From assembly GCA_964443845.1 (NCBI GenBank), contig CAYUFA010000002.1:4595-68594 (forward strand): a stretch of 64,000 nucleotides of DNA, given 5' to 3'. This document shows positions 53,167 through 60,811 of the stretch, piece by piece; the stretch's first letter is position 1; each line of letters begins with the position of its first letter. The translations under genes were made by a program, and so were the position numbers. The notes under the pieces were generated by a model. It searched no databases. It was not told the DNA's origin and was given only the letters and a program-made list of their open reading frames with translations. Source of the DNA: an uncultured Ectothiorhodospiraceae bacterium (GTDB taxonomy: Bacteria > Pseudomonadota > Gammaproteobacteria > UBA9214).

Positions 53167-53757
53167 TCAGGGTTTCATCCACACCAGCAGGCGATTGTTG
53201 ACCGGCATCTCGTGATCCGCCCGCCGGCGCAGGCCGTGGCCGTGTGCCAGCGCATCGAGGTCGGCGCAATCGCGGATCCCGCTGCCCGGGTCCCGGTTCT
53301 TCAGCCAGGCATCGAAGCGCGCATTGCTGTCGCTGGTGTAGCGCCCGTGATCGTTGAACGGACCATACAGGCAGAAGCGGCCTCCGGGTTCCAGCAGGTG
53401 CGCGACGCCGGCAAACAGGTCGGTGACCGCGGCCCAGTGCATGATGTGGGTCGTATTGGCGCTGAACACCCCGTCGAAGGTCCGTTGCGGCCACTGCCCG
53501 GCCGTGACATCGAGCGGGAAGGGGCGTGCGATGTTTTCCAGGCCGGATTCCTCGATCCACGCATGGATACTCGGGTGGTTTTCCGGCAGGTCGCTGGTGT
53601 GCCAGCGCAGGTGTGCCAGCGCCCCGGCCAGGTACACGGCGTGTTGCCCGGTACCGCTGCCGATCTCCAGCACCTCGCGCGTGGTGGCGAATTCCGCGCG
53701 CAGTACGGTGAGGATCGGCGCGCGGTTCTGGTTGCAGGATTCGGAGTACTGTTTCAT
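53167..53757 (-). CDS. DUF938-family SAM-dependent methyltransferase-like protein
   Basis: VLEIGSGTGQH motif and a sequence typical of DUF938. The start was trimmed to MKQYSES. Confidence 0.8.
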   Translation of the reverse strand: MKQYSESCNQNRAPILTVLRAEFATTREVLEIGSGTGQHAVYLAGALAHLRWHTSDLPENHPSIHAWIEESGLENIARPFPLDVTAGQWPQRTFDGVFSANTTHIMHWAAVTDLFAGVAHLLEPGGRFCLYGPFNDHGRYTSDSNARFDAWLKNRDPGSGIRDCADLDALAHGHGLRRRADHEMPVNNRLLVWMKP

Positions 53758-53805
53758 GTCTGCATTGTGCAGGATTCCGGGCGCGGGACAACACCGGCCC
53801 GGACC

Positions 53806-53836
53806 CCGCAAGAGGGGGGCCGGGCCAGGTGGTTGG
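53806..53836 (-). terminator. GC-rich hairpin downstream of hsp20 (possible terminator, no U-tract)
   Basis: In the sense orientation: GGCCCGGCCCC - loop - GGGG(T)CCGGGCC. Confidence 0.35.
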
Positions 53837-53845
53837 GAGGAGCGG

Positions 53846-54277
53846 TCAGTTGACCGTGATGCGGCGCGGTTCGGGCTTGTCCTGCTTGGGAATGATCACT
53901 TCCAGGACGCCGTCCTTCACCGTCGCGGAAATCTGCTCGGCATTCACGGTGTCCGGCAGTGTGAACTGGCGCAGGAAGGTGCCGTGTACGCGTTCGCGCC
54001 GGTGAATGCCTTCGCGTTTTTCCTCGCTTTCGGCATGGCGTTCACCGCGGATGGTCAGCACGCCGTCTTCCAGGGAGATATCCACATCCTTGCGTTCCAC
54101 CCCCGGCAGGTCAGCCGCCAGCACGAAGCGGTTTTCTTCCTCGCGGATGTCCACAGCCGGGACCCAGTTGCGTTCCTGTGCCGTGTTTGCCTGGACCGGG
54201 CCCCCGCTGAACATGCGGTTGATCTCACGGTTGAACTGGTCAAACAGGTTCAGCGGTTCATAACGTACGATTGCCAT
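53846..54277 (-). CDS. Hsp20/alpha-crystallin family small heat-shock protein
   Basis: IbpA-like sequence: VPAVDIREEENRFVLAADLPGV and GVLTI. Confidence 0.93.
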   Translation of the reverse strand: MAIVRYEPLNLFDQFNREINRMFSGGPVQANTAQERNWVPAVDIREEENRFVLAADLPGVERKDVDISLEDGVLTIRGERHAESEEKREGIHRRERVHGTFLRQFTLPDTVNAEQISATVKDGVLEVIIPKQDKPEPRRITVN

Positions 54278-54321
54278 GCTCTTGCCCTCCTGAATGGGGT
54301 AGTCACGATTGACGTGCTACC

Positions 54322-54352
54322 TAGATAGGGGCACGGGCGCGGATTTCAAGGG
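54322..54352 (-). promoter_or_regulatory. Sigma32 (RpoH) heat-shock promoter
   Basis: In the sense orientation: CCCTTGAAA, 12 nt, CCCCTATCTA. The consensus is CTTGAA-N13-17-CCCCATNT. It lies about 45 nt upstream of the hsp20 start, which has an AGGAGG Shine-Dalgarno sequence. Confidence 0.65.
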
Positions 54353-54369
54353 CCGGGGGCCCGCGCCGT

Positions 54370-56157
54370 TCAGTAGCCCAGCAGGCGGGCGCCCTGGTAG
54401 AAAAAGAAACTGCTGAGCCAGGCCAGCGACAGCGACCAGGTCAGGCTCATGCCGGTAAATTTCCAGCTGCGGGACTCGGTCAGCTGGGTGGCCAGGGTGG
54501 AGAGGCAGGGGGTATAGAGCAGGACGAAGAGCATGAAACTCAGGGCCTGCACGGTATCCATCTGGGTGGCCAGGTAGCTGTCCAGGGCCCCGCCCTGGAG
54601 TCCCGTCATGGCGACCATGGCGCCGATGACGATCTCCTTGGCGACGAATCCGAACAGCAGGACCACCGACATGGTCGCGCTGATGCCGATCGGATCCAGC
54701 AGGGGTTTCATCCACGCGCCCAACATCCCGGCCCAGGTCCCGGCCCCGCCGGGTGCGTGGCCCGCGGGGAAGTGGGTGAGCAGCCATACCAGCACCACAC
54801 CGGTGATGATGAAACTGCTCGCGCGGCGCAGGAAATGCGAAATTTCATGCCAGCCCCGCATCAGGACCTGCTTCAGCACCGGGGCACGATAGGGAGGGAG
54901 TTCCAGCACGAAAGGCTCGTCGCTCCTGAGCCGGCGGCCAAATACCGCGGCGGTCAGGAACGCCGCGACAAAGCTCGCCAGGTACAGGGTGAACAGGATT
55001 AACGGTGCGCGGGATGGCGGGAACAGGGCACTGATCAGGAACAGGTAGACCTGCAGGCGCGCCGAGCACAGGGAAAAGGGGATGACCAGCATGCTCAGCC
55101 AGCGCAGGTTGCGACTGCGCATGACGCGCGTGCCCATCAGTGCCGGAACGTTGCACCCGAAACCCATCAGCAGCATCACGAATCCGCGTCCGTCCAGGCC
55201 CATGCGGGCCATCAGCGAGTCGGTCAGGAATGCCGCACGGGCCAGGTAGCCACTGTCCTCGACGATGGCCATGAAAAAGAAGAACAGGATGATCACCGGG
55301 ACGAACGAGGCTACGGTGCCGATGCCGTTGTAGATTCCCTCGACCAGGAAGCCGTACAGAAACGCCGGCATGCTCCCGGCCAGGGGCTGCAGGGCCAGGT
55401 CGCGGAAGCTGTCCAGCACGTATGTGACGGCATCCTGGAGGGGGGTGCCCAGGGTGTAGACTGCCTGGAATACCAGGAACATGACCAGCAGGAACAGGGG
55501 CAGACCGAACACCGGGTGCAGCATGACGTGATCGATCCGCTCGGTCAGCCGGCGTACCAGTACGCCCGGTGCGGAAACACAGCGGCTGACCAGCGCATCG
55601 GAGCGGGACACGATTTCGTCGTCCGCATGCAGGACGTTGCGTAACTCCCCCAGCGGAACCGGGCTGGCGTCGCCGATCAGCCGGCTCAGGGTCGCCAGGG
55701 CCTCGGCATATCCGGTACCCAGGCGTGCGCTGAGCAGGTGCACGGGGCATTGCAGTCCCTCGGCCAGGGCATCCGTATCGATGCGGATGCCCAGCTGGGC
55801 GGCCTCGTCCGACATGTTCATCAGCACCAGTGGCTGGATGCCGATCTTGCCGAATTGCAGTGCCAGCGGGAGCTGATGGTCAAGCTGGGTTGAATTGAGG
55901 ATGACCGCGACCAGGTCCACCGGGTTGTTTTCCAGGAAGGTACGCACGATCTGCTCGTCTTCCGAGAAACCGTGCAGGTCATAGATACCGGGCAGGTCGA
56001 TCACCTCGACGGCTTCGCCGCCCAGTACGATGCGTGCGCTGAGCAGGTCGACGGTGACGCCGGGCCAGTTACCGACCCGGGAGCTGGACCCGGTGAGCCG
56101 GTTGAAGAAGGTCGACTTGCCGGTATTCGGCATGCCGACAATGACAATGCGCTTCAC
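54370..56157 (-). CDS. feoB: Ferrous iron transporter FeoB
   Basis: N-terminal G domain (GMPNTGKST, DLPG) and a polytopic C-terminal domain. It overlaps feoA. Confidence 0.95.
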   Translation of the reverse strand: MKRIVIVGMPNTGKSTFFNRLTGSSSRVGNWPGVTVDLLSARIVLGGEAVEVIDLPGIYDLHGFSEDEQIVRTFLENNPVDLVAVILNSTQLDHQLPLALQFGKIGIQPLVLMNMSDEAAQLGIRIDTDALAEGLQCPVHLLSARLGTGYAEALATLSRLIGDASPVPLGELRNVLHADDEIVSRSDALVSRCVSAPGVLVRRLTERIDHVMLHPVFGLPLFLLVMFLVFQAVYTLGTPLQDAVTYVLDSFRDLALQPLAGSMPAFLYGFLVEGIYNGIGTVASFVPVIILFFFFMAIVEDSGYLARAAFLTDSLMARMGLDGRGFVMLLMGFGCNVPALMGTRVMRSRNLRWLSMLVIPFSLCSARLQVYLFLISALFPPSRAPLILFTLYLASFVAAFLTAAVFGRRLRSDEPFVLELPPYRAPVLKQVLMRGWHEISHFLRRASSFIITGVVLVWLLTHFPAGHAPGGAGTWAGMLGAWMKPLLDPIGISATMSVVLLFGFVAKEIVIGAMVAMTGLQGGALDSYLATQMDTVQALSFMLFVLLYTPCLSTLATQLTESRSWKFTGMSLTWSLSLAWLSSFFFYQGARLLGY

Positions 56158-56417
56158 TGGATGGTGGAGATGGACACGCGCGCCGCGTCGCAGCGACGCA
56201 TGATGAGATGAAGGCTGCCGATGCGGATCTGCATGGGACCCAGACGGGGACGGCGAATAACCACCGCTTCGCGCCCGGTGCGCAGCCCCATTGACTGCAG
56301 TCGCTGGCGCGTGCTGTCCGTGGCGTGAATGCCGGTAATAAAGGCACGCTCGCCAACCGCCAGCTCAGATAAATTAACTAAGTTACTCAAAGTGTTACCT
56401 TGGCGCTTCAGGGGCAA
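56154..56417 (-). CDS. feoA: Ferrous iron transport protein FeoA
   Basis: FeoA SH3-like sequence (GERAFITGI...RLQSMGLRTG). The ORF opens with TTG at 56417. A more likely start is TTG 56390, which has an AAGG Shine-Dalgarno sequence 7 nt upstream. Confidence 0.85.
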   Translation of the reverse strand: MPLKRQGNTLSNLVNLSELAVGERAFITGIHATDSTRQRLQSMGLRTGREAVVIRRPRLGPMQIRIGSLHLIMRRCDAARVSISTIQ

Positions 56418-56424
56418 TAGAATT

Positions 56425-56467
56425 GAGAATCTTTCTCATTATCGCTCCCGTTTGGCTTTCCCGTCAA
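56425..56467 (-). promoter_or_regulatory. feoA promoter with an overlapping Fur box
   Basis: In the sense orientation: TTGACG, 18 nt, GATAAT. GATAATGAGAAAGATTCTC matches 15/19 positions of the Fur consensus GATAATGATAATCATTATC. Confidence 0.7.
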
Positions 56468-56548
56468 GTCCATATTGACTCCTCCGACGGGCAGGGGAGT
56501 TGATGCAGATCACGCGAGCCGCCGAAATGGCCGCTCGTTCAGAGGGGA

Positions 56549-57982
56549 TTACCGGAACGGGGAAGGCAGCTTCTCGAAAGTATCCTCAAGGTACTGCACC
56601 TTGTCCATGGCGTGGTTGATCCGGCGTGGCTGCTGTTCCAGTTGTTGTGCAACCGCATTCACGCCGGCGCTCTTGCCGTCATCGAGGAGGGTCGTTTCGT
56701 TGTCGATCAGGTAGGGCGTCACCAGCACCACGATTTCGGAATTTTCGCTGTGGATGCCCTTGTTGGCAAACAGCCTGCCCAGGCCGGGGATGTCGCTCAG
56801 CACCGGCACGCCATCCCGGTTCTTGTTCTGGCTGCGGGTGATCAGGCCGCCGATGAACACGGTCTGCCCGCTCTCGACCAGCATCGTGGTGGTCACCTCG
56901 GTGGTGCTCAGGGTGGGCAACCCGTTCTGGATGTTGCCCTTGCTGACCTCGGGGTGGATTTCCAGCAGGATGCGGCCCTGGCCGTCCACGGATGGTTTTA
57001 CCTTCATGATGACACCGGATTCGAGGAACTCCACGGAGGTCCTGGTCACGTTGTCGATGGTGGTGGTGACGTTGTAGCCCAGCCGGTTGCCGATGATGGT
57101 CTCGGCCTGCTGGTCCTCCATGGCCAGCAGCTTGGGCGTCGACAGCGTGCGGGTGCGGCCACTGCTGCGCAGCGAGTCGAGAAACACCTGCACGTTGGGT
57201 GTGATGTAGTTGAAGAACAGGCCGGGTGACGCCGGGTTGCCCAGTCCCTGGGTGCCGATAGTGGCCTTGCCGGAATTGAAGACCCGGCCCCAGTCCAGCC
57301 CGTAGGACTCGGAATCGGTGAGCGTCACCTCGAGTATCTTCGCCTCGATCAGGATCTGGCGCGGCTGGCGGTCGAGCTGCCGCAGCAGTTTCTGAATCTC
57401 GTCCAGGAATTGCGGCGTGTCCTGCACGATCAACAAGCGGCGCGCCGGCAGCGCGGTGACCTGGCCGTAGGTCGAGAGGTGGGTACGGATGATGCCGGCG
57501 ACGACCTCCGGGTCCGAGTACTGCACCTTGAAGGTGCGCACCCGGGTCGGGCCGCCGGGATCGGACTTGCCGGCCTTGTCGCGCGGCACGATGAAGTAGC
57601 TGCCGCTGCGGTATTCCACGCCGAAGCCGGCGGAGCTGGCGATCGAGCGGATCGCCTGGTCCACGCGCACAGCGTAGAGATTGACCGATACCTTCGCACT
57701 GATGTCGTCCGACAGCAGGATGTTGGTGTGCGCGGCGCGGGACAGCATTTCCATTACGGCCGAAAGTTCCACGTCGCGCAGCGACAGCGTGACCCTGCCG
57801 TCCTTCACGATGCCGTTGTCCTTCCCGGTACCGTTGTCTTCCCCGGTACCGTTGTCCTTCACGATGCCATTGTCCTGCGCACGGTCCTGGCCCTGCGCGA
57901 ACAGCCGGCCGGCCGGTACCAGCACGAGCAGCGCGCTCAGCAGCAGGGCGGTAACGGAGCGGAACGGGCTAGCGGGTTGCAT
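56549..57982 (-). CDS. Secretin (type II/IV secretion family, MshL/PilQ-like)
   Basis: Signal peptide and N0-like domain. The C-terminal secretin motifs are VFIGGLI...DGVPVLSDIPGLGRLF...EIVVLVTPY. Confidence 0.9.
   Translation of the reverse strand: MQPASPFRSVTALLLSALLVLVPAGRLFAQGQDRAQDNGIVKDNGTGEDNGTGKDNGIVKDGRVTLSLRDVELSAVMEMLSRAAHTNILLSDDISAKVSVNLYAVRVDQAIRSIASSAGFGVEYRSGSYFIVPRDKAGKSDPGGPTRVRTFKVQYSDPEVVAGIIRTHLSTYGQVTALPARRLLIVQDTPQFLDEIQKLLRQLDRQPRQILIEAKILEVTLTDSESYGLDWGRVFNSGKATIGTQGLGNPASPGLFFNYITPNVQVFLDSLRSSGRTRTLSTPKLLAMEDQQAETIIGNRLGYNVTTTIDNVTRTSVEFLESGVIMKVKPSVDGQGRILLEIHPEVSKGNIQNGLPTLSTTEVTTTMLVESGQTVFIGGLITRSQNKNRDGVPVLSDIPGLGRLFANKGIHSENSEIVVLVTPYLIDNETTLLDDGKSAGVNAVAQQLEQQPRRINHAMDKVQYLEDTFEKLPSPFR
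57797..57876 (-). repeat. 15-nt tandem repeat encoding DNG(I/T)(V/G)(K/E) five times at the mature N-terminus of the secretin
   Basis: Peptide DNGIVKDNGTGEDNGTGKDNGIVKDG. On the plus strand the DNA unit is ccgttgtcctt-like and repeats. Confidence 0.8.
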
Positions 57983-58337
57983 CGTGTCTTTCCTTGCCGT
58001 GGCCGTCGCTGCGCAGTGCGAGGGTGCGCCGCAGGTTGCCATGAGCCAGCACCACCTTGTCCTCGGTTACGAGTATCAGCCGGTAGCCGCCGATTTCCTG
58101 GCCGAGGCCGATGATCCGGCCGCCGATGTTCGCCAGCGAGTGTTCTCCCGCCACCATCACGCCGCGCACCTCCAGCGCGCTGCCGGATTCCCGGCCACCG
58201 GCGACGCTATCCGCCGTGGCCTGCGGTGGCGGCTGAAACGGGTTGACGTGCAGGGGTGTAGCGCCTGCGTCCGCCTGTGCCCGGCCGCAGGCCAGCGCCG
58301 CCAGTAACACCACCAGTCGTGTGATGCGCTTACCCAT
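57969..58337 (-). CDS. Small periplasmic PilP/MshK-like protein
   Basis: Signal peptide (..LACGRAQA). The C-terminal LRGVMVAGEHSLANIGGRIIGLGQEIGGYRLILV pattern is typical of PilP / GspC HR-like domains. It overlaps both neighbouring genes. Confidence 0.6.
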   Translation of the reverse strand: MGKRITRLVVLLAALACGRAQADAGATPLHVNPFQPPPQATADSVAGGRESGSALEVRGVMVAGEHSLANIGGRIIGLGQEIGGYRLILVTEDKVVLAHGNLRRTLALRSDGHGKERHDATR

Positions 58338-58893
58338 GGCTGGTATCCCGGTAGGCGGCGATGGTGAACGAGGCATGCAGCCGCTGGGAGGCGCTGCCGG
58401 ATGCACTGCGCTTGATGTCGAACTGTTTGACGACCACGTAGCCCAGTTCCTCGCGCATGTCATGCAGCCACTGGTAGATATCGAAGTAGTCGCCGGAAAT
58501 GCGCACGCTGAACAGGATTTCCTCGAATGCCTGCACCTTGCTGCCGGTCCCCGGTGTCACGCTGTCCAGCTCGATATGGTTGCGCCAGGAAATTTTCTGC
58601 AGGCGCCCGATGATGAAGGACTCCATCTGGTTCTGGGGCAGATCGACCATGTCGCCGTGCAGCTGGTGGTTGAGGGATGCCACCTGTTGCTGCAGCCCCT
58701 GCATTTCCCGTATCAGCCCGTCACCGTGCTCCAGTGCGCTGTTCAGCATGCGCAGTGTGCTTTGTGCCTGGCTGTAGTGGCGGTACTGTGGCCAGACCAC
58801 GCGGCTGGCGATGGCGGCCAGCAGCAGCACTGCCAGTGAACCCATCAGCAGCAGCAGGGTGCGGGGAGGCGTGTTGCGCAGGATCGCTTCCAT
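58330..58893 (-). CDS. PilO/MshJ-like bitopic assembly protein
   Basis: N-terminal TM helix (LLLLMGSLAVLLLAAIA), a coiled-coil, and a C-terminal ferredoxin-like-sized domain. Position is between the PilN-like and PilP-like genes. Confidence 0.65.
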   Translation of the reverse strand: MEAILRNTPPRTLLLLMGSLAVLLLAAIASRVVWPQYRHYSQAQSTLRMLNSALEHGDGLIREMQGLQQQVASLNHQLHGDMVDLPQNQMESFIIGRLQKISWRNHIELDSVTPGTGSKVQAFEEILFSVRISGDYFDIYQWLHDMREELGYVVVKQFDIKRSASGSASQRLHASFTIAAYRDTSHG

Positions 58894-59543
58894 CAGCTGC
58901 TGCCTGCCCGGGTGTTGACGGTCACGGCAAGATTGAAATTCACGTTCCTGCTGTTTGTGGCCAGGACGGTGTTGATGATCCTGACGTCCTGGATCTCGGG
59001 TTGCTGGTACATGCGCCGGACGAACCGGGACAGTGCGGAATGATCGCTGGCCTGGCCGCGGATGCGCATATTGGTATCGATCTTCCACGCTGCGCTTTTC
59101 TTTGCATCCTTGCCGGCCGGGATGATGATGAAATACCCGTTGCTGGCGGTCTGCCCTGGCGGCTCCACCACGCTGCCGTCGCGATTGAACTCCCAGTCGA
59201 GGAACCAGATCTCGTTCTTGACCAGGGCGCGATCGACGGCCTCGAACATGGTCCGGGCGGCGGCGCCGCCGCGCAGCCCCGCCAGCAGCGCCAGCCGGCT
59301 CTCCAGTTCCTTGCGGGTGGTGTCGAGCAGTGCCAGCTTCGCGTGCTGCTGCCGGGTGATCGCCTGGCGCGATTCGAGAGCGGCGACGCGGGTATCCAGC
59401 GTGCCGGAGCGGTAATGGATCAGGCCGGCTGTTGCCAGTTGCAACAGGCCCAGCACCAGCGTCACGGCGACGACCGCGCGGGCGCGCCCGCGCAGCCAGA
59501 TCCGCTTGCGGTAGTCGGTGGGGATCAGGTCGATCTCAGCCAT
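58893..59543 (-). CDS. PilN-like bitopic assembly protein
   Basis: The MAEIDLIPTDYRKR N-terminus (PilN signature INLLP-like), a TM helix and a coiled-coil. It overlaps the PilM-like stop. Confidence 0.65.
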   Translation of the reverse strand: MAEIDLIPTDYRKRIWLRGRARAVVAVTLVLGLLQLATAGLIHYRSGTLDTRVAALESRQAITRQQHAKLALLDTTRKELESRLALLAGLRGGAAARTMFEAVDRALVKNEIWFLDWEFNRDGSVVEPPGQTASNGYFIIIPAGKDAKKSAAWKIDTNMRIRGQASDHSALSRFVRRMYQQPEIQDVRIINTVLATNSRNVNFNLAVTVNTRAGSS

Positions 59544-60699
59544 GTTCCAGCAATCCGTGTAGTGCCAGGCCGGTGGCGACGGCAATTTCCGGCTGTGCCG
59601 GCGCTCCACCGGCTGCGCCCGTTCCCGTCTGATGGAACACCTGCAGCGGGTTGGGAATGGTCTGCACCTCGAGTTTCACCAGCTGACCGAGCAGCGTATC
59701 GGCGCCGCGCCAGCGTGCCAGGCTGCCGAACAGGTAGATGCGGCTGACGGCCTCGCCGCGAGTCTGGGAGGCAGCGTAGACCAGCATGCGGCTGATTTCC
59801 TCGGCCAGCCGCAGGAACTCCGGCTTGACGATCTCCTGCAGCGTGGCGGCCGTCTCCGCATCGGGAAGTTCCGTCATGCCGGGAGTTGCCAGCGCCAGCC
59901 GGTCCAGCCCGTTGCTGCGCACTACCTCGCGCACCTGTGCTTCCTGCATGTCCAGCCGGTTCGCCAGCAATTCCAGCAGTCGCGCTTCACCGAAGCGGAC
60001 TTCCTGGTCGAACAGCAGGCGTGCCCCGGAAATCACCGTCAGGTAGCTCGAGGAACGCCCGCAGTTGATCGCCAGGACATTACGGTACTGGCCCGGCGCG
60101 TTGACTGCGCTCACCAGGCGGCGGATGGCGGACGGTCCGATCTCGAGGTGGCGCGTTTCCAGCCCGCACTTGCGCAGCAGTTCGAGATGACGGATGACGT
60201 CGTCGCGTCGCGCGCTCGCCACGATTGCCATGCGATCCCCGGCACCCTGTTCCGGGCGTACCGGCAGGTAGTCGATGACGTATTCCGACAGCGGACCTTC
60301 CAGCCGCTCGTCCATGGCCTCGAGGATTGCTGCCGCATCCGGCCGGTCGGCGGATGCCGAGTAGGTCAGCGGGATGATGCGGGTCTGGCTGGACGGCAAT
60401 GTGGTCACGATACCGCGTCCGCGAAACCGGTCCCGGGACAGTGCCGCGCGGATCAGGTCGCGAAAGCCGGCGGTATCGGCCAGCAGTTCATTCCGTGGCC
60501 GCGGAAAGGGCAGCGAGGTACTGGCGTGCGGGTGGATCCTGCCGTCATGGCCGGCGGCCAGCTGGACGAGGTGTACGGCGTTCTGTGCGCACTCCAGCCC
60601 GATCAGTCCCACGCGACGTGCATTGCGCGCTGGCGGGAAGCGTTGCACGACTGTTGCGAATGCGCCCATCTGCCGCTTGGTCCGTGACCCGGGGGCCAT
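59536..60699 (-). CDS. PilM-like actin-fold ATPase-family assembly protein
   Basis: VGLIGLECAQNAVHLVQL resembles the PilM N-terminal IGLDIGSSSIK pattern. Length is about 380 aa and it is first in the PilMNOP-secretin order. An alternative start is 60669. Confidence 0.75.
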   Translation of the reverse strand: MAPGSRTKRQMGAFATVVQRFPPARNARRVGLIGLECAQNAVHLVQLAAGHDGRIHPHASTSLPFPRPRNELLADTAGFRDLIRAALSRDRFRGRGIVTTLPSSQTRIIPLTYSASADRPDAAAILEAMDERLEGPLSEYVIDYLPVRPEQGAGDRMAIVASARRDDVIRHLELLRKCGLETRHLEIGPSAIRRLVSAVNAPGQYRNVLAINCGRSSSYLTVISGARLLFDQEVRFGEARLLELLANRLDMQEAQVREVVRSNGLDRLALATPGMTELPDAETAATLQEIVKPEFLRLAEEISRMLVYAASQTRGEAVSRIYLFGSLARWRGADTLLGQLVKLEVQTIPNPLQVFHQTGTGAAGGAPAQPEIAVATGLALHGLLEHG

Positions 60700-60704
60700 G
60701 TAGG

Positions 60705-60721
60705 TGTTTGTCTGACAAACA
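60705..60721. promoter_or_regulatory. Perfect 17-bp palindrome TGTTTGTC-T-GACAAACA, a candidate operator
   Basis: Read directly. It ends 5 nt upstream of the PilM-like ATG, in an AT-rich spacer. Confidence 0.5.
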
Positions 60722-60811
60722 TAAACTATTACTGATCATCGGCAGCAGACGGTCCGGTCTTTAACGCGGTGGCGGGAGGAGTGCGGTGCCGTGCGGCGCC
60801 GGCGGCAGCGG

